A DNA stretch of 64,000 nucleotides from contig CAWCWJ010000001.1 of the NCBI GenBank assembly GCA_963799275.1, positions 197,071 through 261,070 on the forward strand. The letters run 5' to 3'. Positions within the stretch are counted from its first letter, which is position 1. Every line of letters begins with the position of its first letter. Source of the stretch: an uncultured Alphaproteobacteria bacterium (lineage in GTDB: Bacteria; Pseudomonadota; Alphaproteobacteria; Micavibrionales; Micavibrionaceae). A program made the translations under genes and the position numbers. This document shows positions 18,736 through 29,026 of the stretch, piece by piece. The notes beneath the pieces were generated by a model. It saw only the letters and a program-made list of their open reading frames with translations. It was not told the origin of the DNA and made no database searches.

Positions 18736-19325
18736 AGGGTATTTTCCTTATCTAAAAAAGCGATCAATTTAAGCAATGGTATCCCCATAATTGTAAAAAA
18801 ATCGCCATTAATTTCTTTAAATAATCGCGCACCCCTAAATTCAATGGCATACCCACCAACGCAATGTAGCGCATCATCCGCACATAGAGAAAGATACTTT
18901 TTAATATCATTGTGCGTTAGTTTTTTCATGGTCATGTTTGCAATATCAAAATCTGACCATAAAATTTTTCCGTTTTTAATAACACTCACCCCTGAAATAA
19001 GCGCATGGGTTTGATTTTGCATTGCGGATAGTTTATCAAAGGCTTGTTCCAGATTTTCTGATTTTGAAAAAATTTTATTTTCGAAAATTAAAATTTGGTC
19101 TGAACCAATAATATAGCTATTCTTCTTATCTTGCACTGCCAATGCTTTTTCTTGGCTTAACCGCATCGCAATTTCTTCATAAGAAATATTATCCATTTGC
19201 AATTTTTTAATAATGAATTGTTCATCAATATTGGTTGGATGAACGTCAAAATCATATCCAACATTTTTTAACAATTTTTGTCGTGCCTTTGATGCCGATG
19301 CTAAAATGATTTTATGTTTAAACAT
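18732..19325 (-). CDS. maf: Maf-like nucleoside triphosphate pyrophosphatase
   Basis: ILASASKARQKLL at the N-terminus and GGYAIE near the C-terminus. Start set at MFKHK (19325), just after the stop of the upstream gene. Confidence 0.85.
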   Translation of the reverse strand: MFKHKIILASASKARQKLLKNVGYDFDVHPTNIDEQFIIKKLQMDNISYEEIAMRLSQEKALAVQDKKNSYIIGSDQILIFENKIFSKSENLEQAFDKLSAMQNQTHALISGVSVIKNGKILWSDFDIANMTMKKLTHNDIKKYLSLCADDALHCVGGYAIEFRGARLFKEINGDFFTIMGIPLLKLIAFLDKENTL

Positions 19326-20211
19326 CGTTTCCATCCTTGATAATTTTGGCAGTATCATTACGTTTATTGCCCATATTCATTTTTCCGCGATGGCGTTGCA
19401 AAAGGGCGTAAATCTCTGCTGTTGTTTCCTCCACTGATTTTCGGGTGACATCAATCACGGGCCATTTTCCTTTTGCAAAAATACGTCGGGCAGATTTTAT
19501 TTCATCTTCAATCTTTTCCAAATCAAGGTAATCGTTATCATCATAATGCTTGTTATGATCTTCGGCATGAAGCCGACTGCGCCTTAAATTTTCAAGTCGT
19601 TTTGCACTTTCGGTTAATCCGATAATTAGCGGCTCTTTCAATCCAAAAATCTTTTCGGGGAATGGAACATGAGGCACCAATGGTATATTTGCAGCCTTGA
19701 TTCCACGCCTTGCCAAAAAAATACAGGTGGGGGTTTTTGATGTGCGCGATACCCCAACCAAAATCACATCTGCATCTTCAATCCCTTGTGTGGTTTGTCC
19801 ATCATCATAATGTAAGGCAAAATCCACGGCATCAATACGCTTAAAATATGCCTCATCAAGGGAATGCTGAAGGCCGGGAATCCCCTTTGCTTCAATCCCT
19901 AAATAAGAGGACATTGTACGTAAAATCGGATCCAGCACGGGCATACATGGAACATCCAGTATCTGGCATGTCTTTTGTAATTTGCGCCGTAGCTTTTTAT
20001 CAACAAAGGTAAATAAAACTGGGCCTGGTGCTTTTTCAATATCGGCAATGGCGCGATCCAATTGCATTTCTGATCGTATCATCGGCCAAAATCTTTCCGA
20101 TGCATCAATACCATCAAATTGGGATAAGGCCGCCCGTGCCAACCCTTGTAAGGTGGTTCCCGTGGCATCCGATACCAAGTAAAGCCGAAATTCTTTTACG
20201 CCCGTGTTCAT
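19318..20211 (-). CDS. pyruvate,phosphate dikinase / PEP synthase regulatory protein (DUF299 kinase-pyrophosphorylase)
   Basis: LVSDATGTT and P-loop-like VGVSRTSKTPT. This is the RP001-type gene that flanks the origin in Rickettsia and Caulobacter. Confidence 0.85.
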   Translation of the reverse strand: MNTGVKEFRLYLVSDATGTTLQGLARAALSQFDGIDASERFWPMIRSEMQLDRAIADIEKAPGPVLFTFVDKKLRRKLQKTCQILDVPCMPVLDPILRTMSSYLGIEAKGIPGLQHSLDEAYFKRIDAVDFALHYDDGQTTQGIEDADVILVGVSRTSKTPTCIFLARRGIKAANIPLVPHVPFPEKIFGLKEPLIIGLTESAKRLENLRRSRLHAEDHNKHYDDNDYLDLEKIEDEIKSARRIFAKGKWPVIDVTRKSVEETTAEIYALLQRHRGKMNMGNKRNDTAKIIKDGNDV

Positions 20212-20306
20212 AACATCATTCTATCAAGGGTGGCGCATAAGAAAAGAAGCGATTATCGCCCGCTTATTTTTATTCAAAATGTTTATTCAAACCTATTTCG
20301 TATCAA

Positions 20307-21362
20307 TTAAGCATCCAAGAATTTTTGTGCCAAAATTCTATCGCGAAACGGAATATCTTTTACAAAGGTCACTTTATTGTCATACATAATTTGAAATAAA
20401 TGTGCTTGGTTAATAGGATCGTTCATCCCGCTGAAAAAAGAGTCTTTGGCTACAGTTTGTGCCAATTCATCTAAATAAATTGTTCCATTAGGTAATTTTG
20501 ATAATTTTAGAATATCTTTCTCATGCAATGGTGATGTGCCAACCAACCCCAGTTTTTGATGCAAAATATGGTCAAGCCGCTCCAGCGTTTCATGATCTAC
20601 CGCATCAATACGGTTAATATCTGCATACCATTGGCGGAAAATATGGGCAATCGCCATACCGTTATACAAAGCCGTAGGATAACGTTCAAGAATATTGACC
20701 ATGATTTGAGCCATATCACCATCATCAGATGATAGGATATGACGCCACACATCGTCAAAACCTGCGCCCCGCAATTCCCACCCAATAAAGATAGAGATGG
20801 CATCGCTATCGGCTGCGCGCATACGTTCGAGTTGTAAGGTTGCATTAATGGTGTACGTGTCTTCGAATGCGCCAAAATTTTCTTCATGATCAATATCCCG
20901 TAATGCCTTGGAAATAATCGGGATTAAAGATAATCGATAATGACTGGAACGACCAATGGCGGCGGCATCAAAACCAAAATGATCAATGAAAATTATTTTT
21001 GTATCAATTTCAAGATGAAAACCCCCCGTCCCCAAATCAGACAAAGCGATTTTCCACCCTGCGGATTGCGCTTTATTTAACAAGGCCAGCCCCATTGGAC
21101 TTTCACTAATTATTGCAGTAGCCCAGCATAAAACATCGTAATCAGTTTCAAACACGTACGGATATGCATCCAAATTTTGAAACTTCTTTATGGCTAGGGG
21201 ATTGAGCTTTTCAATCGTAAAGCTTTCCTCATCCAACTCACAATTTATTGTTTGTATCGGGGCATCAAGCAAGGAATCATCCATCGCATTTTCAGTAACG
21301 CAATCATACCATCTTGTAATGGCACGTGGTTTTGATATGGGAAAATGTCGATTTGACTTCAT
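20307..21362 (-). CDS. hypothetical protein, paralogue A of tandem pair
   Basis: Long ORF. Start set at MKSNRHF (21362) to avoid a 143-nt overlap with the upstream gene; the tracked ORF extends to 21536. It aligns by eye with 21394-22761 (WELRGAGFDDVW vs WELRLAGEFDLW; LSKLPNGTIYLDE vs LGELPMGKNYLSS). Confidence 0.6.
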   Translation of the reverse strand: MKSNRHFPISKPRAITRWYDCVTENAMDDSLLDAPIQTINCELDEESFTIEKLNPLAIKKFQNLDAYPYVFETDYDVLCWATAIISESPMGLALLNKAQSAGWKIALSDLGTGGFHLEIDTKIIFIDHFGFDAAAIGRSSHYRLSLIPIISKALRDIDHEENFGAFEDTYTINATLQLERMRAADSDAISIFIGWELRGAGFDDVWRHILSSDDGDMAQIMVNILERYPTALYNGMAIAHIFRQWYADINRIDAVDHETLERLDHILHQKLGLVGTSPLHEKDILKLSKLPNGTIYLDELAQTVAKDSFFSGMNDPINQAHLFQIMYDNKVTFVKDIPFRDRILAQKFLDA

Positions 21363-21393
21363 AGTAGTAAATTCCTGTGACACATCGTAAAAG

Positions 21394-22761
21394 TTACGAT
21401 TGTCCGTATTGTTCTCCACACTTTCCAAAGCGGGCGTAGATAACATTGTTCCCATGGGGTGTAATTTTTTCCCCAATATTATTTGTGGGGGCGGTGTTTT
21501 TTGCATTTGTGCAAGGGAATGCATGAATTTTCTCATTGAATGAAGTGTCCTCGATATATTTATTTTTTATCAGGTCTGAATCGCCTGATTTAGATATATC
21601 GGTGGATTGCAATTGCTGTTCCACAATTTGTTCCGCTTCGGCAAAATTGCGCTCGAACTTGATAAACCATAGGAAATTGGCATTGGATCTATCGCGCACT
21701 TCTGTAAATAAGCTGTCATTTACGATCATCGCAGCATAGCTTGATAGGTAGTTTTTACCCATTGGCAATTCCCCCAATCGGCAAAGAATATCATAACAAG
21801 AGGCTTCATTTTGACTTTCTTGGACATAATCTTTGTAATCATTTAACATCATATTAATCAGTTGTTTATCGACCATTGTGCAACGGTTTGATAAAAACCA
21901 TGTTTCAAACAATACGGCCTGTGCCTTACCATTATTTAATGTTCTAAAATCGGATAGGGCCTCACGGGCAAAGGCACGTGCCAAATCCATGTAGCATGAA
22001 TTTTCAAGGCGATCCCATAAATCAAATTCCCCCGCCAAGCGTAATTCCCAGGCGGATTTAATGACTGCACCATCCAAATCGGCATGTTGGGCGCGATGGA
22101 TTAAAACCGCCTCGTCTGGATCGAAATCTAGTGAATTGGTCATCGCATTTTGCGTATTTTGCCAAAATCGTCTTAATTCACGAACAAGCAAGATAGCCTG
22201 ATCGGTATAAGATAAATTTGGTGATATTAGAATAAGTTTTGCTTGTGAATCAAAATATGCTTTTTCAATTTTATTCGAGTATTCAATTTTTACATGCGCT
22301 GCAATTGCATTATCAAGATAAGACTTTGCAGTCTGGCTTTTTTGTAAAAGCTTTATTACATTTTCAATCTTTGTCATTGAATGATAATCCGCATCCAATA
22401 TGACTTGCCCGTCATCTTTAAAAATATCTAAAATATTATCGCGGCTATCAATATCTTTATGATGGGTGGTTAAACTTTCATAAGCATCAATTTTGTTTTT
22501 CATCGCCAATAATTCATTTATGAGTGAGGGGTCGGTGATATCATTTCGCTCAATTGCGTCTTCAACCTCATGGACAAATTCATCAGCGAACATGCAATTA
22601 TCATCCCCTTGAATTTCTTCATCAATATAGAAAAAAGGCTGGTCACTTATCATCGTACATAATACGGGTTGCGTATTATTTAAAGTGTATGCCATACGAA
22701 TTTTTCGTATTTGATTTTTGCTGTTTGTCGCAATTTTTGAATTATCTATTTTCTTGCCCAT
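21394..22761 (-). CDS. hypothetical protein, paralogue B of tandem pair
   Basis: 455-aa ORF homologous by eye to 20307-21362 over its central and C-terminal parts. Confidence 0.6.
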   Translation of the reverse strand: MGKKIDNSKIATNSKNQIRKIRMAYTLNNTQPVLCTMISDQPFFYIDEEIQGDDNCMFADEFVHEVEDAIERNDITDPSLINELLAMKNKIDAYESLTTHHKDIDSRDNILDIFKDDGQVILDADYHSMTKIENVIKLLQKSQTAKSYLDNAIAAHVKIEYSNKIEKAYFDSQAKLILISPNLSYTDQAILLVRELRRFWQNTQNAMTNSLDFDPDEAVLIHRAQHADLDGAVIKSAWELRLAGEFDLWDRLENSCYMDLARAFAREALSDFRTLNNGKAQAVLFETWFLSNRCTMVDKQLINMMLNDYKDYVQESQNEASCYDILCRLGELPMGKNYLSSYAAMIVNDSLFTEVRDRSNANFLWFIKFERNFAEAEQIVEQQLQSTDISKSGDSDLIKNKYIEDTSFNEKIHAFPCTNAKNTAPTNNIGEKITPHGNNVIYARFGKCGEQYGQS

Positions 22762-23018
22762 TTTATTTCTCTTTTAAATTTATAGTTTTATAAAATCCCC
22801 AACCAATGTGCGGTTCTTAAAATAAACCGTTCTTGTTATTCTTTTATTATGGCGGGTAAAGAGTTAACGAATTGCTACTAAAAACATCATGATAGGCATT
22901 TTTTTAAAGTTTTTTTGCCAAACATTAACACCCCCTTAACAAGAGATGACTATGAGGTTAATTTATGTATATTATGAAAATTAAAGAACTTGTTTTATAG
23001 AATGAATGACGTTTTCAT

Positions 23019-23651
23019 TTAAGATAAAATTTGATCCACGACTGGCAAATCTTCGACCAGTATTTTTTGATCTTTCAAGGCAATCATTCCATTTTGTGCG
23101 ACATGAATATCGCTTTCGAAAAGGGAATCTTTAAATAATATTGTTGATTTTAATATGTATTCATCATCATTTTGCTCAATAATCTTAAGCGGGGCAATCA
23201 TTTTTGATAAGGCTTTAATTCCAGATGGGCCAGGGGCTTCGTGCCATTGGATATCGTCAATTGAGCTTAAAATCTGAAACTGACCTTGTGCTCCACGAAC
23301 ATAGGCAAAAAAGAATGTCACATAACTATGCACCGTACTTTTATTTAAAAGGATAGGAATCTCTTTATTTAGCCGGTAAAAAATACTGTTTGTTCCATCC
23401 AAAAGACAAACATTCTCCTCATCCCAATTTTTATAATCTATTGGGGCAAAAAGATTCAATTTTAGGGGGGGATTGGCATTGGCCTTCCTCATTTCAACAA
23501 ATTGAAAGGCAGGATAAAAGGGGAGAGAATGCGATATTGCTTTGGTTTGTGCGCTTTCAAATGGGGACGTCGTGATTTTTGGATTAATAATTTTGATAAG
23601 TGTATCAATTTTATTAGCGGTTAATGGTTTATAGGAATCTCTAAACATCAA
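23019..23651 (-). CDS. hypothetical protein
   Basis: 210-aa ORF, the only long ORF in this interval. I recognise no family. Confidence 0.5.
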   Translation of the reverse strand: MMFRDSYKPLTANKIDTLIKIINPKITTSPFESAQTKAISHSLPFYPAFQFVEMRKANANPPLKLNLFAPIDYKNWDEENVCLLDGTNSIFYRLNKEIPILLNKSTVHSYVTFFFAYVRGAQGQFQILSSIDDIQWHEAPGPSGIKALSKMIAPLKIIEQNDDEYILKSTILFKDSLFESDIHVAQNGMIALKDQKILVEDLPVVDQILS

Positions 23652-24125
23652 AGACCTTTTTTAAAATAAAGTTGACCCGAATCGATTCGTTTCATGTGCC
23701 TATCTTAACTGAATTTCTTTTCATATTCACGAAAATATCTGATTTGTTCCCTTTATAACCTTGTGTGCAAAGTATGTTTGAAAATTAGGATGAATTGAAC
23801 ATGCGATTTCATCCCCTTATACAAAAAAAACTTTTAATGTTATGCGCCTTGTGAATGGGATAATTTTTTTGGTCTGATAATATTTGAATAAAAATGATTT
23901 TGTCTTAGAAGATATTCGTTAAATTTATCAACTACGCTGGGGGTAAAACGCGGGATAATTGATAATCCCCGATTCCCACAGGCCCTATTACTATCCAAAA
24001 CCTTATTTTAATTCTTTATATAATATTGGTAATCTGCTTTGATGATTTTGCAAAAACGAATAAGCCGAAACGTAAAAACCCATAACCGCAAATAAAATTT
24101 TAAAACCGATAGAATTTAAATCATC

Positions 24126-25169
24126 ATGCAACGATCTTTACTTCAAACTTTAAACAACCAAGTAACCCCTAACGTTCCCTTTTGGTTTATGCGTCAGGCG
24201 GGAAGATATCTGCCCGAATACCGTGAGATACGTCAAACCGCAGGGGGGTTTTTAAATTTAGTTTATAACCCCGATACCGCCAGCGAAGTAACAATGCAGC
24301 CTATCCGCCGTTTTGGTATGAACGGGGCAATTTTATTTTCCGATATTTTGGTGATCCCCCATGCATTGGGTCAAGATCTTAAATTCGAAACGGGGGAGGG
24401 GCCAAAGCTAAATCCTATACGCTCTATCGAAGATTTACAAAACCTTGATATATCCAATATTGATCAAACCCTTCACCCCATTTATGAAACAATTCGCCAG
24501 ACCCGCCAAAAATTAAAATCTGAAAAGTTTGGTGATACCACCCTTATTGGTTTTGCGGGAAGCCCATGGACGGTTGCTTGCTACATGGTTGAAGGCGGGG
24601 GGAGTAAAACTTTTACCGAAGTGAAAAAATGGGCCTATGGCAAGCCTGATGAATTTCAAAAGTTAATTGATATCGTAACCGATGCCACCATAACCTATTT
24701 AGAAAACCAAGTGGAAGCGGGCGCAGAAACCCTACAACTTTTCGATAGCTGGGCTGGAATTTTAGACATGCCCAATTTCGAAAAATGGGTGATTGAGCCA
24801 ACGAAGAAAATTGTTAATGCTTTAAAATCAAAATATCCGCTTGTTCCTATCATTGGTTTCCCGCGGGAGGCGGGGCACCATACCATCGTCTATATCAATC
24901 AAACGGGTATTCAAGCGGTCGGCCTTGATTTTACAACATCCAATTTTTGGGCGCGTAAAAATCTACAATCTGTCATGCCAATACAAGGTAATCTTGACCC
25001 GATTTATCTATTAAACGGGGGGCAAGAAATGATTGATGCTGCCACCCATATTTTGGAAACATATGCGTCCAAGCCCTTTATCTTTAATTTAGGGCACGGG
25101 GTCATTAAAGAAACCCCACCCGACCATGTGGCGCAACTTTCAACTTTAATTCGGGAGTTTGAACGATGA
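24126..25169 (+). CDS. hemE: uroporphyrinogen decarboxylase
   Basis: PFWFMRQAGRYLPEYR signature at the N-terminus; full-length URO-D. Confidence 0.93.
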   Translation: MQRSLLQTLNNQVTPNVPFWFMRQAGRYLPEYREIRQTAGGFLNLVYNPDTASEVTMQPIRRFGMNGAILFSDILVIPHALGQDLKFETGEGPKLNPIRSIEDLQNLDISNIDQTLHPIYETIRQTRQKLKSEKFGDTTLIGFAGSPWTVACYMVEGGGSKTFTEVKKWAYGKPDEFQKLIDIVTDATITYLENQVEAGAETLQLFDSWAGILDMPNFEKWVIEPTKKIVNALKSKYPLVPIIGFPREAGHHTIVYINQTGIQAVGLDFTTSNFWARKNLQSVMPIQGNLDPIYLLNGGQEMIDAATHILETYASKPFIFNLGHGVIKETPPDHVAQLSTLIREFER

Positions 25170-26281
25170 GCAATATGACCAACACGATAAAAACCAAAGA
25201 TATCCAAAATAAAAAAATTGCTGTTGTTCTTTTTAACCTTGGTGGCCCCGATAAAAAAGAAAGCATTAAACCGTTTTTATTTAATTTCTTTATGGATAAA
25301 AACATTATCCGCGCCCCAATTTTTGTTCGTTATTTTGTGGCAAAGCTTATTTCTATCCGCCGCTCTAAACGCGAAGCGGGGGAAAGCTATAAAGAATTAG
25401 GCGATAAATCCCCATTACTAAAACATTCGATAGAGCAGACAGACGCGCTAGAAAAATTTTTAAATTTGGAAGAATGCGGGCAGTTTAAAACATTTATCTG
25501 TATGCGCTATTGGCATCCAATGTCGATTGAAGTGGCCGAAGATGTCAAAAATTTTGATCCTGATAAGATTATATTGCTGCCTTTATACCCTCAATTTTCT
25601 ACCACTACCACGCGTTCTTCCATACAATCGTGGAAAAAGGCAGTCGCACAAATAAAGTTAGACAAACCCACCACAACCATTTGTTGTTATCCTTGGGAAG
25701 AAGGATTTATAGAAGCTTGCGCCCATAATATTAAAGGGGTGTATAAAAAGGCCATGGAGGAAACAGGGAAAAAACCACGTTTGTTATTAAGCGCCCATGG
25801 TCTTCCTGAAAATATCGTAAAGGAAGGTGATCCTTATCAATGGCAATGTGAACAATCAGCCGCCCATATTGCCAAAGCAACAAAAATTAGTGATTTGGAT
25901 TGGCAGATTTGTTATCAATCGCGTGTTGGCCCCTTAAAATGGATTGGCCCCTCTACCGAGGAAGCGTTGCAAAAGGCAGCAAAAGATGGTGTCCCCGTCG
26001 TCATTTTGCCCCACGCATTCACCCAAGAACATGTTGAAACATTGGTTGAAATTGAGATTGAATATCGAGAAATGGCCGAAGAGATGGGATTACATGATTT
26101 TTATCGCGTCGAAACCCCAGGGACATCCGCCGCCTTTATCGAAGGATTGGCCGACTTGGTTTTAAAAAACCTCGACCATAGCGCTAATAAAAACAAAACC
26201 GTTTCCATGCAAGGCGGCAGCCTATGCCCCACAGGATTTAAAGATTGCTGCGTCAGACAATTTGAAAGTGAAGAAAAATGA
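25166..26281 (+). CDS. hemH: ferrochelatase
   Basis: VVLFNLGGPD, LLPLYPQFSTTT, SAHGLPE. 4-nt ATGA overlap with hemE. Confidence 0.92.
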   Translation: MSNMTNTIKTKDIQNKKIAVVLFNLGGPDKKESIKPFLFNFFMDKNIIRAPIFVRYFVAKLISIRRSKREAGESYKELGDKSPLLKHSIEQTDALEKFLNLEECGQFKTFICMRYWHPMSIEVAEDVKNFDPDKIILLPLYPQFSTTTTRSSIQSWKKAVAQIKLDKPTTTICCYPWEEGFIEACAHNIKGVYKKAMEETGKKPRLLLSAHGLPENIVKEGDPYQWQCEQSAAHIAKATKISDLDWQICYQSRVGPLKWIGPSTEEALQKAAKDGVPVVILPHAFTQEHVETLVEIEIEYREMAEEMGLHDFYRVETPGTSAAFIEGLADLVLKNLDHSANKNKTVSMQGGSLCPTGFKDCCVRQFESEEK

Positions 26282-26724
26282 GCGAATTTTTATTGGATTA
26301 TTATTTATGGCTCCAAGCCTTTCATATTATTAGTATGGTGGCATGGATGGCGGGGATGCTCTATCTTCCGCGTCTTTTTGTTTATCACGCACAAAGTAAG
26401 ATGGGATCGGATCAATCCGAAACTTTTAAGATGATGGAGCTTCGCTTGCTTCGCTTTATAATGAATCCTGCAATGATTTTAACGTTTATTTTTGGAATTT
26501 TAATGATTATTGCCAACCCTTCTCTATTCCAAGGGGGGTGGATGCATGTAAAAATTATGGCTGTCATCTTAATGGCGGTCTTGCATATGATGTTTTCCAA
26601 ATGGCGCAAAAACTTTGCCAAAGACAATAATACCCGCGATTCAAAATTTTATAAAATATGGAACGAAGCACCGACAGTCTTGCTTATCATTATTATTATA
26701 ATGGCAGTCGTAAAACCGTTTTAA
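26278..26724 (+). CDS. hemJ: protoporphyrinogen IX oxidase HemJ family
   Basis: Four-TM protein with AFHIISMVAWMAGMLYLPRLFVYH. 4-nt overlap with hemH. Confidence 0.85.
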   Translation: MSEFLLDYYLWLQAFHIISMVAWMAGMLYLPRLFVYHAQSKMGSDQSETFKMMELRLLRFIMNPAMILTFIFGILMIIANPSLFQGGWMHVKIMAVILMAVLHMMFSKWRKNFAKDNNTRDSKFYKIWNEAPTVLLIIIIIMAVVKPF

Positions 26725-27509
26725 TGAATCATAAGCGTTTGGTGCGCAGATAAACCTTTTGTTTTATTTACAAATTTTAGGTACGAAGAAATTGCTTGTC
26801 GCATATCATTTGGCGTATACGAAAATGTTCCATAAGGTCTTTGTGACAAATCTTGAGATGCTTTATTGTAAAATTCAATTAATCTTTGCTTACTAGAAAA
26901 TCCAAACTGTGTTGGTAAAAACCTAATATTTACGCGCGTATCATCAGCCAAATCTTGCTCCCGTCTTGCCTTTTTTGGTTGTGAAACAGTATGTGATGAT
27001 ATTTCAATAATAGCTTCTACTAAAAATGGAATATCTTCTAAATCACTTACAAAAATACCGATTTTATCTTCTTGCTGGCCTATTTTAAAATAATCTCCTT
27101 TAACTTTACTAGATAATCTTGGCGAATGTGCTTTTTCAAGACTAGCAAAAAAACGATCGGCTATTTCTTCGCTTTCAAAAGTCAATTGTACAAAATTATG
27201 TGCTGGCGTTGTACCCTCTTGTTTATTGGTACCTATTGCAACTTCAAGCTTTAATTTTGCGTTATTTAAATTATATCTTACGGTATCTTGTAAAACCGTT
27301 CCTATAATATGAGCAACATTTTGTTCAATGGTAAGCGGTTTTTCAGATTGCTCTGTATGAATATTTGCTGAAGCGCGCGAGGATAAAGATTTTGACACAA
27401 TAATAATACTCTTTATTTTTACTAAAAAAATAATATTACATCTTTTTATTATTATGTCTATTAAAAGAAAATTTTTAAATTCTACATATTGTCTTGACAA
27501 CAATGTCAT
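26721..27509 (-). CDS. hypothetical protein (start uncertain)
   Basis: 262-aa ORF. The first 40 or so codons are AT-rich and low-complexity, and an internal GTG (VSKSLSS) is an alternative start. Confidence 0.45.
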   Translation of the reverse strand: MTLLSRQYVEFKNFLLIDIIIKRCNIIFLVKIKSIIIVSKSLSSRASANIHTEQSEKPLTIEQNVAHIIGTVLQDTVRYNLNNAKLKLEVAIGTNKQEGTTPAHNFVQLTFESEEIADRFFASLEKAHSPRLSSKVKGDYFKIGQQEDKIGIFVSDLEDIPFLVEAIIEISSHTVSQPKKARREQDLADDTRVNIRFLPTQFGFSSKQRLIEFYNKASQDLSQRPYGTFSYTPNDMRQAISSYLKFVNKTKGLSAHQTLMIH

Positions 27510-27761
27510 AATCCCTCTATATGACTTTATCTTATTAAAGAAATTTCATCAAAATAGTTGATATGACAGCCAGATATTATGGCTTTTGCGGGATAAACCC
27601 ACCTTTTATATAAGATTGGAATATTATTTTTCAAAAATTTAACCTTTTTATAAAGAATTAACTTTACACTTTTATATTGATAAGACATCACAGCTTTTTG
27701 TGGATACCATAATTAAATCCTCCCCCCTCTTTTTTTCTAAATTATATAACGAGCCTTTCTC

Positions 27762-29018
27762 ATGAATTTACAAGAATTAAAATCAAGATCACCATCTGAA
27801 TTATTGGCCTTTGCCGAAGAGTTGGAGATTGAAAATTCTTCGACTATGCGCAAACAGGATATGATGTTTGCCATTTTAAAATCATTAGCCGATCAAAACG
27901 TACCCATTGCCGGCGGTGGTGTTTTAGAAGTGCTTCAAGATGGATTTGGCTTTTTACGCAGTCCTGAGGAAAATTATCTTCCCGGCCCTGACGATATTTA
28001 TGTTTCCCCCTCACAAGTGCGCCGCTTTGGCCTTCGTACAGGGGATATTGTCCAAGGTGAAATTCGCGCCCCTAAGGAGTCGGAGCGTTATTTTGCCCTT
28101 TTAAAAGTGGACACTATTAATGCAGAACAACCCGATAAGGTGCGTCACCGTATCAATTTTGATAATCTAACCCCGCTTTACCCTGATCGTAAAATTAAAT
28201 TGGAAATTGACGATCCAACAAAAAATTCAAATACCCAACGCGTGATCGAGCTTGTATCCCCAATTGGGTTTGGACAACGGGCTTTGCTTGTTGCGCCGCC
28301 GCGTACCGGTAAAACGGTCATGCTACAAAATATCGCTAGCTCAATCGCGGCAAACCACCCTGATGCTTATCTTCTTGTTCTTCTTATTGATGAGCGTCCT
28401 GAGGAAGTAACAGATATGGCACGCAGCGTGCGAGGAGAGGTCATCTCCTCCACCTTTGATGAGCCTGCATCCCGCCATGTTCAGGTTGCCGAAATGGTGC
28501 TTGAGAAGGCTAAACGTTTGGTTGAACATAAACGCGATGTAGTGATCTTGCTAGATTCGATTACCCGTCTTGCACGCGCTTATAATACGGTTGTCCCTTC
28601 ATCGGGTAAGGTTTTAACAGGGGGGGTTGATGCCAATGCCCTACAACGTCCAAAACGTTTCTTTGGTGCGGCGCGAAATGTGGAACAGGGTGGTTCTTTG
28701 ACCATTATTGCCACCGCATTGATTGATACAGGATCGCGCATGGATGAGGTGATCTTTGAAGAATTTAAAGGAACAGGGAATAGTGAGATTGTTATGGATC
28801 GCAAAATTGCTGATAAGCGTGTGTTCCCTGCCATTGATATCCAAAAATCAGGTACCCGTAAGGAAGAATTATTGGTTGATAAAGACACATTACAAAAAAT
28901 GTGGGTTCTTCGCCGTATCTTAAACCCAATGGGAACCGTCGATGCGGTTGAATTCTTACTAGGTAAGATGAAAGAAACCAAAAATAATGATGAATTCTTT
29001 AACGGAATGAACCAGTAA
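27762..29018 (+). CDS. rho: transcription termination factor Rho
   Basis: Rho N-terminal and CSD-like domains, Walker A PPRTGKT, and [10 protein letters not shown]. Confidence 0.95.
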   Translation: MNLQELKSRSPSELLAFAEELEIENSSTMRKQDMMFAILKSLADQNVPIAGGGVLEVLQDGFGFLRSPEENYLPGPDDIYVSPSQVRRFGLRTGDIVQGEIRAPKESERYFALLKVDTINAEQPDKVRHRINFDNLTPLYPDRKIKLEIDDPTKNSNTQRVIELVSPIGFGQRALLVAPPRTGKTVMLQNIASSIAANHPDAYLLVLLIDERPEEVTDMARSVRGEVISSTFDEPASRHVQVAEMVLEKAKRLVEHKRDVVILLDSITRLARAYNTVVPSSGKVLTGGVDANALQRPKRFFGAARNVEQGGSLTIIATALIDTGSRMDEVIFEEFKGTGNSEIVMDRKIADKRVFPAIDIQKSGTRKEELLVDKDTLQKMWVLRRILNPMGTVDAVEFLLGKMKETKNNDEFFNGMNQ

Positions 29019-29026
29019 ATTTTTAT

